DNA of 64,000 nucleotides from an uncultured Planctomycetota bacterium (GCA_963849325.1 CAWKHF010000001.1:512001-576000), one strand, 5' to 3'. Shown: positions 1 to 9,797, counted from the stretch's first letter. The notes: generated by a model not told the origin, from the sequence alone. A program made the numbers and translations.

Positions 1-1
1 C

Positions 2-742
2 GAAGGCCGCCACGAACTCGATGCCTCGATCATGGAGGGCAAGGACAAGAAGGCCGGAGCGGTGGCCGGAGTGACGATCGTGAAAAATCCCATCTCGGCG
101 GCTCGCGCCGTCATGGAGCACTCGCCGCACGTCCTGCTGGTCGGCCGCGGGGCCGAGTTGTTCGCCCTCAAGCAGAAACTGGACATCGTTCATCCGGATT
201 ATTTCTGGACCGAACAGCGCTGGAAGGAGCTGCAAGAAGCGCTGCGAAAGGAAGAGAAGGCCCGCAAGGAGAAGGGAGAGACGACGGCCCCGGCGCGTCG
301 CCGGCACTTCGGCACCGTCGGCGCCGTGGCGCGGGACGGCGACGGCAACCTGGCGGCGGGCACCTCGACGGGCGGCATGACCAACAAATGGTCCGGCCGC
401 GTCGGCGACTCGCCCCTCATCGGCGCCGGCACCTACGCCGACAACGAAGCCTGCGCCGTCTCCTGCACCGGCTGGGGCGAATATTTCATTCGCTACGCCG
501 TGGCCCACGACATCACGGCACGAGTGAAGTACGGCCGGCGCTCGGCGAAAGAGGCGGCGGAGACGGTCATCAACGAGCAGCTGCAAAAAGCCGGCGCCGA
601 GGGGGGAGCAATCGTCCTGGGCGCCTCGGGCGATTTCCACATTGTCTACAATCGCCTCGCCGGGCAGATGTCGCGCGGCTACATCACCTCCGACGATGGC
701 AAGCCGCACGTGGCCATCCTCGACAAGCCGCTGCCGAAGTAA
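2..742 (+). CDS. iaaA: Isoaspartyl peptidase/L-asparaginase (Ntn hydrolase), 5'-partial
   Basis: Frame open from position 2 (ELDASIMEG). Motifs KNPISAAR, GTVGAVARD (catalytic Thr), TSTGG, GRVGDSP and TGxGE. Confidence 0.93.
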   Translation, partial: EGRHELDASIMEGKDKKAGAVAGVTIVKNPISAARAVMEHSPHVLLVGRGAELFALKQKLDIVHPDYFWTEQRWKELQEALRKEEKARKEKGETTAPARRRHFGTVGAVARDGDGNLAAGTSTGGMTNKWSGRVGDSPLIGAGTYADNEACAVSCTGWGEYFIRYAVAHDITARVKYGRRSAKEAAETVINEQLQKAGAEGGAIVLGASGDFHIVYNRLAGQMSRGYITSDDGKPHVAILDKPLPK

Positions 743-830
743 CGGTGTAACCAAAGGAACCGCCAAGTCACCACGGTTCCCTTGGTCTCGCACAGGGAGT
801 ATCCTCGTGTCATCTGACGCCAAGGTCGAG

Positions 831-1811
831 ATGGGCTTTTCACGCTTTCTCCCCGAATCCCTCACGCGCCTGGATGATCCCCAGAAGGACATTCCGCGCA
901 TCGCCAAGGATGCCGAACTCACCGCGAAGATCGAGCGTGCCCTCCTTCAGATTCCCACCACGCACGACCTCTATGGCCGGGACGCGCGGGCGATGGAGTT
1001 GCCGCCCGAGAGCGTCCAACTCGTGCTCACTTCCCCGCCTTACTGGACCCTCAAGGAGTATCGGCAAACGGAAGGACAACTCGGTGACATTGCGAATTAT
1101 GATGGCTTTCTGGCGGAGTTGGATAAGGTTTGGCGGCGCTGCTGGCAGGCTCTGGTGCCGGGAGGTCGGCTCATCTGTGTCGTGGGAGACGTGTGCCTTT
1201 CGCGGCGCAAGAATGGCGGGCGGCACACCGTAATTCCCTTACACGCTTCCATTCAAGAACACTGCCGAGCGATCGGCTTCGACAACCTGGCCCCGATTAT
1301 CTGGCACAAAATCGCCAACGCGCAGTTGGAGGCGGAGGGCAACGGCGCCAGCTTCCTGGGCAAGCCGTATGAGCCGAACGCGGTCATCAAGAACGACATC
1401 GAATATCTTCTGATGGAGCGCAAGCCCGGCGGCTATCGCACTCCCGACCTCCCCACGCGCATCCTCAGCATCATTTCCGAAACGAACCACAAGAGTTGGT
1501 TCCAGCAGATCTGGACCGGACTGACCGGCGCCTCGACGCGCCACCACCCCGCGCCTTTCCCGCTGGAGTTGGCCACGCGACTGATCCGCATGTTCTCCTT
1601 CGTCGGAGACACGGTACTCGATCCCTTCCTGGGAACCGGCACGACGACGTTGGCCGCCGCCCAATGTGGACGGAACAGCATCGGCGTCGAAGTGGATCCG
1701 ACTTACTTCGACTACGCACGCCGGCGGATCTCGGCTAAAACATCCGGGTTGTTCGCTACCGCTACCATACAGGTCCACCCGGATGCCGGCACCCATGAGC
1801 GATCTCCTTGA
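831..1811 (+). CDS. Site-specific DNA methyltransferase, N4/N6 beta class
   Basis: Motif IV TSPPY precedes HPAPFP and motif I VLDPFLGTGTT (beta order). Start taken at ATG 831. Confidence 0.92.
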   Translation: MGFSRFLPESLTRLDDPQKDIPRIAKDAELTAKIERALLQIPTTHDLYGRDARAMELPPESVQLVLTSPPYWTLKEYRQTEGQLGDIANYDGFLAELDKVWRRCWQALVPGGRLICVVGDVCLSRRKNGGRHTVIPLHASIQEHCRAIGFDNLAPIIWHKIANAQLEAEGNGASFLGKPYEPNAVIKNDIEYLLMERKPGGYRTPDLPTRILSIISETNHKSWFQQIWTGLTGASTRHHPAPFPLELATRLIRMFSFVGDTVLDPFLGTGTTTLAAAQCGRNSIGVEVDPTYFDYARRRISAKTSGLFATATIQVHPDAGTHERSP

Positions 1812-2601
1812 CGATCTGGATAAGCGTCTCCGCCGGGCGATCGTGTACTTCTGGACGCAGCGCGGATCGCAATCGCGCAAGCAGGGCGGCAAGGGAGGGG
1901 AGAAAGACCGTGGGGACCGCAGTGCCGTCACCGGCGGTAAGCACCTCGACGGTTTCCGCGAACTCGTCTCCGTGCTGCTGGAAGAGGCGGGCTTGCAGCG
2001 GGCCACCATCTACTGGCGCCAGAGGACCGAACTGCCTGGCTGGTTCCGCGCCGAGAAAAACTGGGATCTGCTCATCGTGGCCGACGGCAAGCTGGTGGCC
2101 ATCGTCGAGTTCAAGTCGCAGGTAGGATCGTTCGGCAACAACTTCAACAATCGCACCGAGGAAGCGCTCGGCAATGCGACCGATCTGTGGGCGGCGTATG
2201 AGGAGGGCGCATTTCGCCCTTCCGAGCGCCCGTGGCTGGGATATTTCATGCTGCTCGAAGACGCTCCCGGCGCTAACAGTCCGGTGCGGGTGAAAGAGCC
2301 GCACTTCCAGGTTTTTCCCGAGTTTCGCTCGGCGTCCTATGCCCAGCGCTACGACCTTCTTCTGACGAAGCTGGTACGCTCGCGCCTTTACGATGCCGGT
2401 TGTTTCCTGCTGTCTTCGCGGAAGGGTGGCCTGAGAGGCGAGTACCACGAGCCGAACCCCGAACTCGGCTTTCACAACTTCGTCACGTCCTTGCTGGCCC
2501 GCGCCATCGCCGTAGCTCGCACGCAACCGCCAGGGCCGCCTGCTCCGCCGAAGGTGGAGGCAGGGCCACCATCGGACGAGCCGCCCTCAAAAGACATCTG
2601 A
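1795..2601 (+). CDS. Type II restriction endonuclease, XhoI/PaeR7I family
   Basis: RSAVTGGKHLDGF, LPGWFRAEKNWDLL, EFKSQVGSFGNNFNNRTEEALG and RPWLGYFMLLED. Overlaps the MTase stop. Confidence 0.9.
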   Translation: MSDLLDDLDKRLRRAIVYFWTQRGSQSRKQGGKGGEKDRGDRSAVTGGKHLDGFRELVSVLLEEAGLQRATIYWRQRTELPGWFRAEKNWDLLIVADGKLVAIVEFKSQVGSFGNNFNNRTEEALGNATDLWAAYEEGAFRPSERPWLGYFMLLEDAPGANSPVRVKEPHFQVFPEFRSASYAQRYDLLLTKLVRSRLYDAGCFLLSSRKGGLRGEYHEPNPELGFHNFVTSLLARAIAVARTQPPGPPAPPKVEAGPPSDEPPSKDI

Positions 2602-3516
2602 TCCGTCGAGCCGGGCCAGGACGCGCAGCGCGCCGGGCAGCAGATCGATGTCGAGTTCGCGCACGCCGTCTGCAGGTACGCAGAACAACTCGCCGTCCGT
2701 GTGGACGACCAGGGGCGACTCGGAGCGGAGACGGACGCGGCGGCAGCGGCCCAGCCACAGCTTCGGATGGTCGCACGGCAGTCCCCGGCCCAGAAACAAA
2801 CGCGGCAGAAGGACGGCCAGGTCTCGACGGCGCAGTGGGCCGGCGTGGACGTAGTCGAACCATCCATCGTCCAGCACCGCTGTCGGAGCGACCACGAAGT
2901 TGCCCTCACGCTGCCCCAGGGCCAGCGATAGCGCCAGCGTCGGCATCGCGCGCTCCTCTCCCTCGTCGATGCGGACGGTCATCGGCGACAGCTCGTAGCG
3001 AAAGCAGACGGTGCGCAGGACGGCGAGACCATACAGGGCCAGCCCTTGCAGCCGGCGGATACGGCGAGATTCCAGCGTGACCAGGCCGTTGAAGCCCAAG
3101 CCCAGGCCGTTGACGAAATAACGGCTGCGTCCCGAAGCGCGGACGATTCCGACATCGACGGCACGCGGCCGGATGGCGAGGTCGTCTCGCCGCCACCAGC
3201 GCACGTCCAGGCCGAGGCTGCAAGCGTAGTCGTTGGCCGAGCCGGTGGGGACCACGGCCAGGACGACATCGGGGCGCTCGGCCCGGAGCAGGCCGTTGGC
3301 TACCTCGTGGACCGTGCCGTCGCCGCCGGCGGCGGCCACGATGGCGAAACCCGAATGAGCGGCCCGGAAGGCCAATTCCTCCGCCTGACCGGCGGCGCGG
3401 GTCGGCCAGAAGACGGCGCGCTCCGCCCAGGTCCGGCGCAGGCTGGACAAGCGCTGGGCCGAGCGACCGCGGCCGGATGTCGGGTTGTAGATGACGCACA
3501 TCTCAGACGCCGACAT
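2587..3516 (-). CDS. Diacylglycerol/lipid kinase family protein (YegS/DAGK-like)
   Basis: NPTSG, GGDGTVHEVANG, PTGSANDYA, DDG and TDGE motifs. Confidence 0.92.
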   Translation of the reverse strand: MSASEMCVIYNPTSGRGRSAQRLSSLRRTWAERAVFWPTRAAGQAEELAFRAAHSGFAIVAAAGGDGTVHEVANGLLRAERPDVVLAVVPTGSANDYACSLGLDVRWWRRDDLAIRPRAVDVGIVRASGRSRYFVNGLGLGFNGLVTLESRRIRRLQGLALYGLAVLRTVCFRYELSPMTVRIDEGEERAMPTLALSLALGQREGNFVVAPTAVLDDGWFDYVHAGPLRRRDLAVLLPRLFLGRGLPCDHPKLWLGRCRRVRLRSESPLVVHTDGELFCVPADGVRELDIDLLPGALRVLARLDGSDVF

Positions 3517-3537
3517 GATGCGATCTCACGGCACGCG

Positions 3538-3601
3538 CTGTCCGAGCCTGAAGCGTAAGCGAAGGTTGCCATCTCTTCGCTTACGCTTCAGGCTCGGACA
3601 G
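3538..3601. repeat. REP/REPIN-like inverted repeat, family A
   Basis: Arms GTCCGAGCCTGAAGCGTAAGCGAAG and its reverse complement. Also at 10596 and 54315. Confidence 0.9.
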
Positions 3602-3629
3602 GATATCGTTAGTCTGGGCGCTCGGGAAG

Positions 3630-3702
3630 TGATCTCGGATGGATTTGAACCATCGGTCTCCACCATGTCAAGGTGGCGAGCACTCCGCTGCTCCACGAGA
3701 TC
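3630..3702 (-). tRNA. tRNA-Val(GAC)
   Basis: Acceptor GATCTCG/CGAGATC, anticodon arm CCACC-TTGACAT-GGTGG, T arm GATGG-TTCAAAT-CCATC. No encoded CCA. Confidence 0.9.
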
Positions 3703-3709
3703 CCGAGAG

Positions 3710-3781
3710 TCCAGCCGGTAGGAGTTGAACCTACCTCGACCCGCATATCAGACGGGGGCCTCGCCGCTCGGCCACGGCTGG
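3710..3781 (-). tRNA. tRNA-Ile(GAT)
   Basis: Acceptor CCAGCCG/CGGCTGG, anticodon arm CCCGT-CTGATAT-GCGGG, T arm GTAGG-TTCAACT-CCTAC. Confidence 0.85.
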
Positions 3782-3786
3782 AGAAG

Positions 3787-3873
3787 CGGAAGGGACAGGA
3801 CTCGAACCTGCAAGGGCTTTCGCCTCGCCCGCTTTCCAAGCGGGTGCCATCGGGCCAGTTGGCTCGCCCTTCC
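3787..3873 (-). tRNA. tRNA-Ser(GGA)
   Basis: Acceptor GGAAGGG/CCCTTCC, anticodon arm CCCGC-TTGGAAA-GCGGG, long variable arm, G73. Confidence 0.92.
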
Positions 3874-3880
3874 GATCCAG

Positions 3881-3954
3881 TACCCTCGGCGGGATTTGAA
3901 CCCGCGATCTCCGGATTGAAAGCCCGGCGGCCACTCCGCAGGCACCACGAGGGC
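3881..3954 (-). tRNA. tRNA-Glu(TTC)
   Basis: Acceptor GCCCTCG/CGAGGGT, anticodon arm CCGGG-CTTTCAA-TCCGG, T arm GCGGG-TTCAAAT-CCCGC. Confidence 0.85.
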
Positions 3955-3963
3955 AGTCGTCAG

Positions 3964-4036
3964 TATCCTCGGCGGGATTTGAACCCGCGATCTCCACGCT
4001 GAGAACGTGGCGGCCACTCCGCAGGCCCACGAGGAC
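3964..4036 (-). tRNA. tRNA-Glu(CTC)
   Basis: Acceptor GTCCTCG/CGAGGAT, anticodon arm CCACG-TTCTCAG-CGTGG. Near-duplicate body of the neighbouring Glu(TTC) gene. Confidence 0.85.
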
Positions 4037-4041
4037 GTCAA

Positions 4042-4115
4042 TGGCTCAGGAGGGACTCGAACCCTCAGCATTCCTTGGTTTGAGCAAGGATGGTCTGCCG
4101 ATTGCCTACCGAGCC
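4042..4115 (-). tRNA. tRNA-Leu(CAA) with short variable region
   Basis: Acceptor GGCTCGG/CTGAGCC, anticodon arm CCTTG-CTCAAAC-CAAGG, T arm GAGGG-TTCGAGT-CCCTC. Only ~6 nt of variable region. Confidence 0.85.
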
Positions 4116-4122
4116 GATCCAG

Positions 4123-4193
4123 TTCGGGGAGTTGGAGTCGAACCAACATCGTCTCGTTCAAAGCGAGACAGCCTACCCTTAGCCGATCCCCGA
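4123..4193 (-). tRNA. tRNA-Gln(TTG)
   Basis: Acceptor TCGGGGA/TCCCCGA (U1-A72), anticodon arm TCTCG-CTTTGAA-CGAGA, T arm GTTGG-TTCGACT-CCAAC. Confidence 0.87.
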
Positions 4194-4338
4194 GAGCGTC
4201 CGGACGGCCTGGTCCTTTCCGCCCTGTACACTCTCTAGACGCGCCCTCCCCCGAACGGGTTCACGGATGCCGGCTCCGAAAAGGAAACTTAACGGAAAAG
4301 TAATTCCATTCGGCATGGCGTGCCTGGCAAGTGCATCG

Positions 4339-4350
4339 TAGAATATTCTA
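4339..4350. promoter_or_regulatory. Perfect palindrome TAGAATATTCTA: back-to-back -10-like boxes or an operator
   Basis: 12-bp AT-rich palindrome between the divergent tRNA array and RND operon. Reads TAGAAT on both strands. Confidence 0.45.
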
Positions 4351-4523
4351 GACGAATTGGCGGAACAACGGATGGATCGGGTGAATGATCGCGGATACGG
4401 CCGGCCATCCCTCCATCCGCGCCTACCTGCTACCACGTTAACTCAACCTCGTCATACGAATCGGTCGCGTGGGCTTGTCGGGGCCGGTGCCGCGGCCCCT
4501 CGTTCTCTCGAAAGGACCTTCGG

Positions 4524-7500
4524 ATGTGGCTGATTAAGGCATCGCTGCGTAACCCCTACATGGTGGCGACGATCGTCTTCATGATCCTGTTCCTCGGGAT
4601 CATCTCGCTGTCGCAGCATCCCCGTGGACATTCTGCCGGTCTTCAAGTCGCCGGCCGTGCAGGTCATCACCTACTACCAGGGCATGCCGGCCTCGTCGAT
4701 CGAGAAGACCATCACCAACCGCATCGAGCGCTGGTGCAACCAGTCGCCCGGCGCCGCAACAGGTCGTGTCCAAGTCGGTGCCGGGCGTCAGCATCGTCCG
4801 CATCTATTTCCGCGACGACATCGATCCCAACGGCGCCTTGACCATGACCGGCCAGCTGGCCCTGGGCACCCTGCCGACCATGCCGCCCAACACGCTGCCG
4901 CCCGTCGTGCTGCCGTTCGATCCGACCGGCACCATGCCGCTGGGCGTCCTCACCGTCAGCAACAAGACCCTCAGCGAGGCCGACGTCAAGGACGTCGGCC
5001 GCATCTGGGTGCGCAACAAGCTCGGCTCCGTCAAGGGCTGCGTCGCCCCCGTGGCCGTCGGCGGCAAGGACCGCACCATCCTCGTCTATCTCAAGCCGGC
5101 GGAGATGGAGGCGCGGCACCTGTCCGCCACGCGACGTCGTCGAGGCCATCAAGAAGGGCAACATGATGGTGACGCCCGGCATCGCCTACTTCGGCGACAA
5201 CCAGCTGCTGCTCGACTCCAACATCATGGCCGACAAGATCAGCGAACTGATGGACCTGCCCATCCGCATCGAGCCGGGCAACAACGTCTATCCTGCGCGA
5301 CATCGGCATGCATCGAGGATTCCTCCACCATTCAAACCTCGCGCGTCCGCATCGCCAGCGAGGAGACCGGCTGGGAGGGCCGCAACCAGGTCTACGTGCC
5401 CATCTACCGCCAGCAGGGGGCCAGCTCGCTGGCGGTCGTCGATGACGCTGAAGGCCCACCTCAAGGAGATTCGAGGCCATCTGCCCGGCCGGCACCAAGC
5501 TGAACTTCGTCATGGATCAGACGATCTTCGTCCGCCAGGCCATCCACAGCCTGATTCAGGAAGGCATCGTCGGCGCCATTCTGGTGTCGATCATGATCCT
5601 CATCTTCCTGGGCAACTGGCGCATGACGCTGATCGCCAGCATGTCGATTCCGCTGGCCCTTCTGGGCGCCATCATCGGCCTGTACGTGACGGGCAACACC
5701 ATCAACGCCATGACGCTGGGCGGCCTGGCGCTGGCCATCGGCCCGCTGGTGGATGACGCCATCGTCGAGCTGGAGAACAACCACCGCAACTACGGCCTGG
5801 GCAAATCGCGTATCCGGGCGGCCCTGGACGGCTGCGCCGAGGTCATGATCCCCGTGCTGGTGGCGACGTTCACGACGAACATCGTGCTGGCGCCGGTGGC
5901 CTTGCAGCCGGGCATGGGCGGCTTCTTGTTCCGGCCGCTGGCCCTGGCCGTCGCCTTCGCCATGTTCAGCTCGTTCCTGCTGTCGCGCACCTTCGTGCCG
6001 ATGATGTGCGCCAAGTTCCTGCCCGACGATCACCGTCGCCGCACCGCCGCGGCGGCCGGCAGCCACACGGCGGCGGCCGGCCACGCCGCGGCGCACGCCG
6101 GCCACGGGCACGGACACGACGGCCACGAACCGACCGGCTTCTTCGGCCGCGTTCACCATCGCATCGAGCAGCTTCCTCGACGCCACCACGCAGCGTCGTA
6201 TCAGAACGCTGCTGACCCGGCCCTGCGTCATCGCTTCCTGGTGCTGGGCTGCGTGCTCGCGCTCTTCGTCGGCTCGCTTCGGCTTGACGCCGTGGATCGG
6301 CCGCGAGTTCTTCCCGCAGGTGGACGCCGGCCAGATCACCGTCTACCTCCGCGCCCCCTCGAACATGCGCCTGGACGCCACCACCAAGCGCGTCGCCGAA
6401 GTTCGAGCAGTTCATCAAGGACATCATCCCGACGCGACGAGATGGAGATGATCGTCAGCGAGATCGGCCTCGACCCGGATTGGTCGGCGGCGTACACGGC
6501 CAACTCCGGCCAGCAGGACGCCGTCGTCCGCATCCAGCTCAACGAGGACCGCACGCAAGAGCTCCCAGGAGTGGGCCGCCGTCCTGCGGCATCGCTTCAG
6601 CGAGCAGCCGAAGTTCGCCGACCTGCGCGTCAGCTTCGACACCGGCGGCATGGTGTCCACGGCGCTGAACAACGGCGCCTCCTCGCCCATCGACATCCAG
6701 GTCACCGGCGGCTCGCGCGAGCAGGGGCTGGAGATGGCCCGCATGATCCGTAACCGCGTCTCCGGCATCGCCGGCGTCGCCGACGCCCGCGTCTTGCAGC
6801 GCCTGGACGCTCCCTACCTGATCATCAACGTCAACCGCACCAAGGCCGCCGAGATCGGTTTGACGCCCGCCGAGGTCATCGAGCAGGCGGTGGCGGCCAT
6901 GAACTCCAGCATCTCCATCGACCGCAACTTCTGGATCGACGTCAAGAGCGGCAATCAGTACTTCGTGGCCGTGCAGTATCCGGAGAACCCGGCCATGACC
7001 CTCAACGACCTGCTCAACGTCGATGCCACGCGGCCCCAAGCAGAAATACCCGGTCAAGCTGTCCAGCCTGGCCAGCTTCAAGCGCCGCTCGGGCGCCGTC
7101 GAGATCAACCACGACAGCCTGCAGCGCGTCTTCAACGTGCAGCTGAACCTGGAGGGCCGCGACATCGGCCACGTCGCCAAGGAAATCGAGACGGCCCTGG
7201 ACGGCATGAAGACCCCAGCGGGGATGCACTGGTCCATCGAAAAAACCAAGGAAGGCACGCACCACACGCTCGTCAAAGACGATAGCGGCGCGGCGGGCGC
7301 TCCAAGGCCCCCGGCGGCGACACCCTGGCCGCGGGCATGGCCTGGACGATGCGCGGCGAGTACGAGCGCATGAACGAGTCGTTCGTACAACCTGGCCATC
7401 GGCCTGGCCGGCGCTCGGTGCTGGTCTACCTGCTGCAAGTGGCCCTGTTCCGCTCGTGGGTCGGGCCGTTCATCATCATGTTCACGGTGCCGCTGGGACT

Positions 7501-8017
7501 GATCGGCGTGCTGGCCATGCTGTTCGTCACCAAAACGTCGCTCAACGTGCAGTCGGAAATGGGCGTCATCTTCCTGGTCGGCATCGCCGTCAACAACGGC
7601 GTGCTGCTGGTCGAGTTCGCCAACAAGCAGCGCAAGGCCGGACACAGTGTCCGCGACGCCATCATCTCGGCGGCCGGCCTGCGTTTCCGGCCGATCCTCA
7701 TGACCTTCCTGGCGACGTTCCTCGACCTGATCCCGATGGCGATCGGCCTGGAGCGCGGCAGCGAGGCCAACGTGCCGCTGGCGCGGGCGGTGGTGGGCGG
7801 TCTGTTGACCTCCACCTGCCTGACCTTCTTCGTGGTGCCGATCATGTACACGCTGCTCATCAAGGACGGGCCGGACACCGACCTGGACATCGAGGCGGAG
7901 TTGGCCGACGAGCCAGCCGCGGTGCCCATCCTGGCCGGCGCCGGCAGTCCCGCCGTCGCCCTGGTCACGACCAATGGCACCGAACATGCCGTCGCCGCGG
8001 GCGACGCCGGACGCTAA
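4524..8017 (+). CDS. RND efflux permease (AcrB/CusA/NolG-like), split by several indels
   Basis: IPVDILPVFKSP, DQTIFVRQAI, TINAMTLGGLALAIGPLVDDAIV, FFPQVDAGQI, GIAVNNGVLLV and RFRPILMT lie in successive frames. Confidence 0.9.
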
Positions 8018-8027
8018 GGTCCCTCAC

Positions 8028-8076
8028 GCCGCTTGCGGCTTAGCGGGGCAATGACCAACGCGAAGCCGCAAGCGGC
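8028..8076. repeat. REP-like inverted repeat, family C
   Basis: GCCGCTTGCGGCTTAGCG...CGCGAAGCCGCAAGCGGC. Second copy at 9753. Confidence 0.8.
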
Positions 8077-8158
8077 CACGATCCCGTGGAACTTCCAACC
8101 GAAGGGCCGTCCCTCAACGAACTGGATCGGCCGCGATTAGTCAGGAGACCGACTTCTC

Positions 8159-9733
8159 ATGGACAAAATCATGCCTCGCAGTGGATTGGTGCGGATCAGC
8201 CTCGTGCTCATCCTGGTCGTCGCCATCGTCGCCGTCGGCGCGTTTTTCTACTTTGGCGGGTCGAAGCACGCGCCCAGCAACCCCGTCAGCGCCGGGGAAA
8301 CCAGCGAGCCGGAGCACATCGATATCCTCGTCCGGGCCGTCAAGCCCCATTACGATAAGACCTTCACCATGATCGAGCGCCGGCCCGCCGACGTCGAGCC
8401 GTACTATCGGACGAACCTGGAAACGGCCGTGCCCGGCATGGTGTCCATGATCCGCACCGACGCGGGCGACACCGCCAAGAAAGGCGAGGTCCTGATCGAG
8501 GTGGACGTGCCCGACCTGAAAGCGAAAACCAAGCAGCAGGAGGCGGCCTGGAAACTGGCGGAGGCCCAGGTCGATCAGAAAAAGGCCGCCGTCAAGACCG
8601 CCAAGGCGATGGTGGTGTCCGCCGACGCCAAGATCCGATCGACCACGGCCAAGTTGAAGAGCGACACGGCGTATTACAACTTCCGCGTCAAGCAGGCCGA
8701 GCGCTTCAAACAACTGCTCAACGAGCGCAGCATCGACGCGCGGCTGGTCGATGAGCAGGAGGATCGGCGTGAGGCGGCCTTCGAGGCGGTCAACGCCACC
8801 AAGGAGGCGGTGGAGACGGCCAAGGCCGAGCAGGTGGCCACGGTCGCCCGCGTCGAGCAGGCCGACGCCGACCTGGAGGAGGCCAAGCGAAAAGTCGATG
8901 TCAGCAAGGCCGAGCTGGATTACGCCAAGGCCATGCTCAACTATGCCACCATCAAGGCGCCCTTCGACGGCGTCATCGTCCGTCGCAACGTCGATCCCGG
9001 CTTCTTCGTGCAAAACGCGGGCAACGGCCGCGCCGTGCCCCTGTTGACCATCGAGCGCAACGACATCGTGACGGTGATGATGCGCGTGCCAGACAACTTC
9101 GCGCCTTACGTCACCCCGCAAACGGAGGCCATCTTCGAGACGACGGCGCTGCCGGGCGTAAAGATCCACGGCAAGGTCACGCGCTTCCCCCCGTCGTTGG
9201 TCAATGCCGAGCGCGATCGCACCATGGTGGTCGAGGTCGATTTGTGGAACGGCTCGGCGGAGGAGTACAAGCAGAAGATGGCCGATCCGGAATTCCGCAA
9301 AGGTCTCAAGAAGGGCATGCCGGGCGATCCCCGCAACGGAGCGCCGATCCTGCCGGAGATCAAGGGCAAGCTGGGCGCCGGCCGGCAAATGCGCATGCTG
9401 CCGGGCATGTTCGGCGAGATGACGCTGATTCTCCGCAAGTTCGAGGACGCCTACATGCTGCCCACCGCGGCGATTGTCATGACGGGCGGCAACTCGTATA
9501 TCTATGTGGTCAAGGACGGCAAGGCCCACTTGCAGCCCGTCAAGGTGCAGGTCGATGACGGCCGGCTCGCCAAGGTCGAACGGCTCGACGACAATGGCGA
9601 CGTCCTGGGCGACCTGACGGGCGAGGAGGTCGTCATCATCAGCAACCAGAGCGAGCTGAGCGAAGGCCAGCCCGTCAAGGCGACGGTGGTCACCGATTGG
9701 CGTTCGCTGGAGAAAAAGATCGCCCAGAAGTAA
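8159..9733 (+). CDS. RND periplasmic adaptor (MFP/HlyD family)
   Basis: N-terminal TM helix, long coiled coil, IKAPFDGVIVRRNVDPG and LPGMFG. Confidence 0.92.
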   Translation: MDKIMPRSGLVRISLVLILVVAIVAVGAFFYFGGSKHAPSNPVSAGETSEPEHIDILVRAVKPHYDKTFTMIERRPADVEPYYRTNLETAVPGMVSMIRTDAGDTAKKGEVLIEVDVPDLKAKTKQQEAAWKLAEAQVDQKKAAVKTAKAMVVSADAKIRSTTAKLKSDTAYYNFRVKQAERFKQLLNERSIDARLVDEQEDRREAAFEAVNATKEAVETAKAEQVATVARVEQADADLEEAKRKVDVSKAELDYAKAMLNYATIKAPFDGVIVRRNVDPGFFVQNAGNGRAVPLLTIERNDIVTVMMRVPDNFAPYVTPQTEAIFETTALPGVKIHGKVTRFPPSLVNAERDRTMVVEVDLWNGSAEEYKQKMADPEFRKGLKKGMPGDPRNGAPILPEIKGKLGAGRQMRMLPGMFGEMTLILRKFEDAYMLPTAAIVMTGGNSYIYVVKDGKAHLQPVKVQVDDGRLAKVERLDDNGDVLGDLTGEEVVIISNQSELSEGQPVKATVVTDWRSLEKKIAQK

Positions 9734-9752
9734 TCGAGAGCGTCGGTTGTCG

Positions 9753-9797
9753 AAGCCGCTTGCGGCTTGGCGTTTGCCGCTAAGCCGCAAGCGGCTT
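9753..9797. repeat. REP-like inverted repeat, family C
   Basis: AAGCCGCTTGCGGCTTGGCG...CGCTAAGCCGCAAGCGGCTT. Confidence 0.8.

Noticed and set aside
3881-4036. Direct repeats resembling a CRISPR array
   Set aside because: They are the shared arms of two tRNA-Glu genes. There are no cas genes or spacer pattern.
4194-4245. Possible eighth tRNA upstream of tRNA-Gln
   Set aside because: Only a weak closing stem, with no T-loop or anticodon arm.
743-4523. Integrated prophage or ICE around the R-M genes and tRNA array
   Set aside because: No integrase, att duplication, or phage or conjugation genes were seen.
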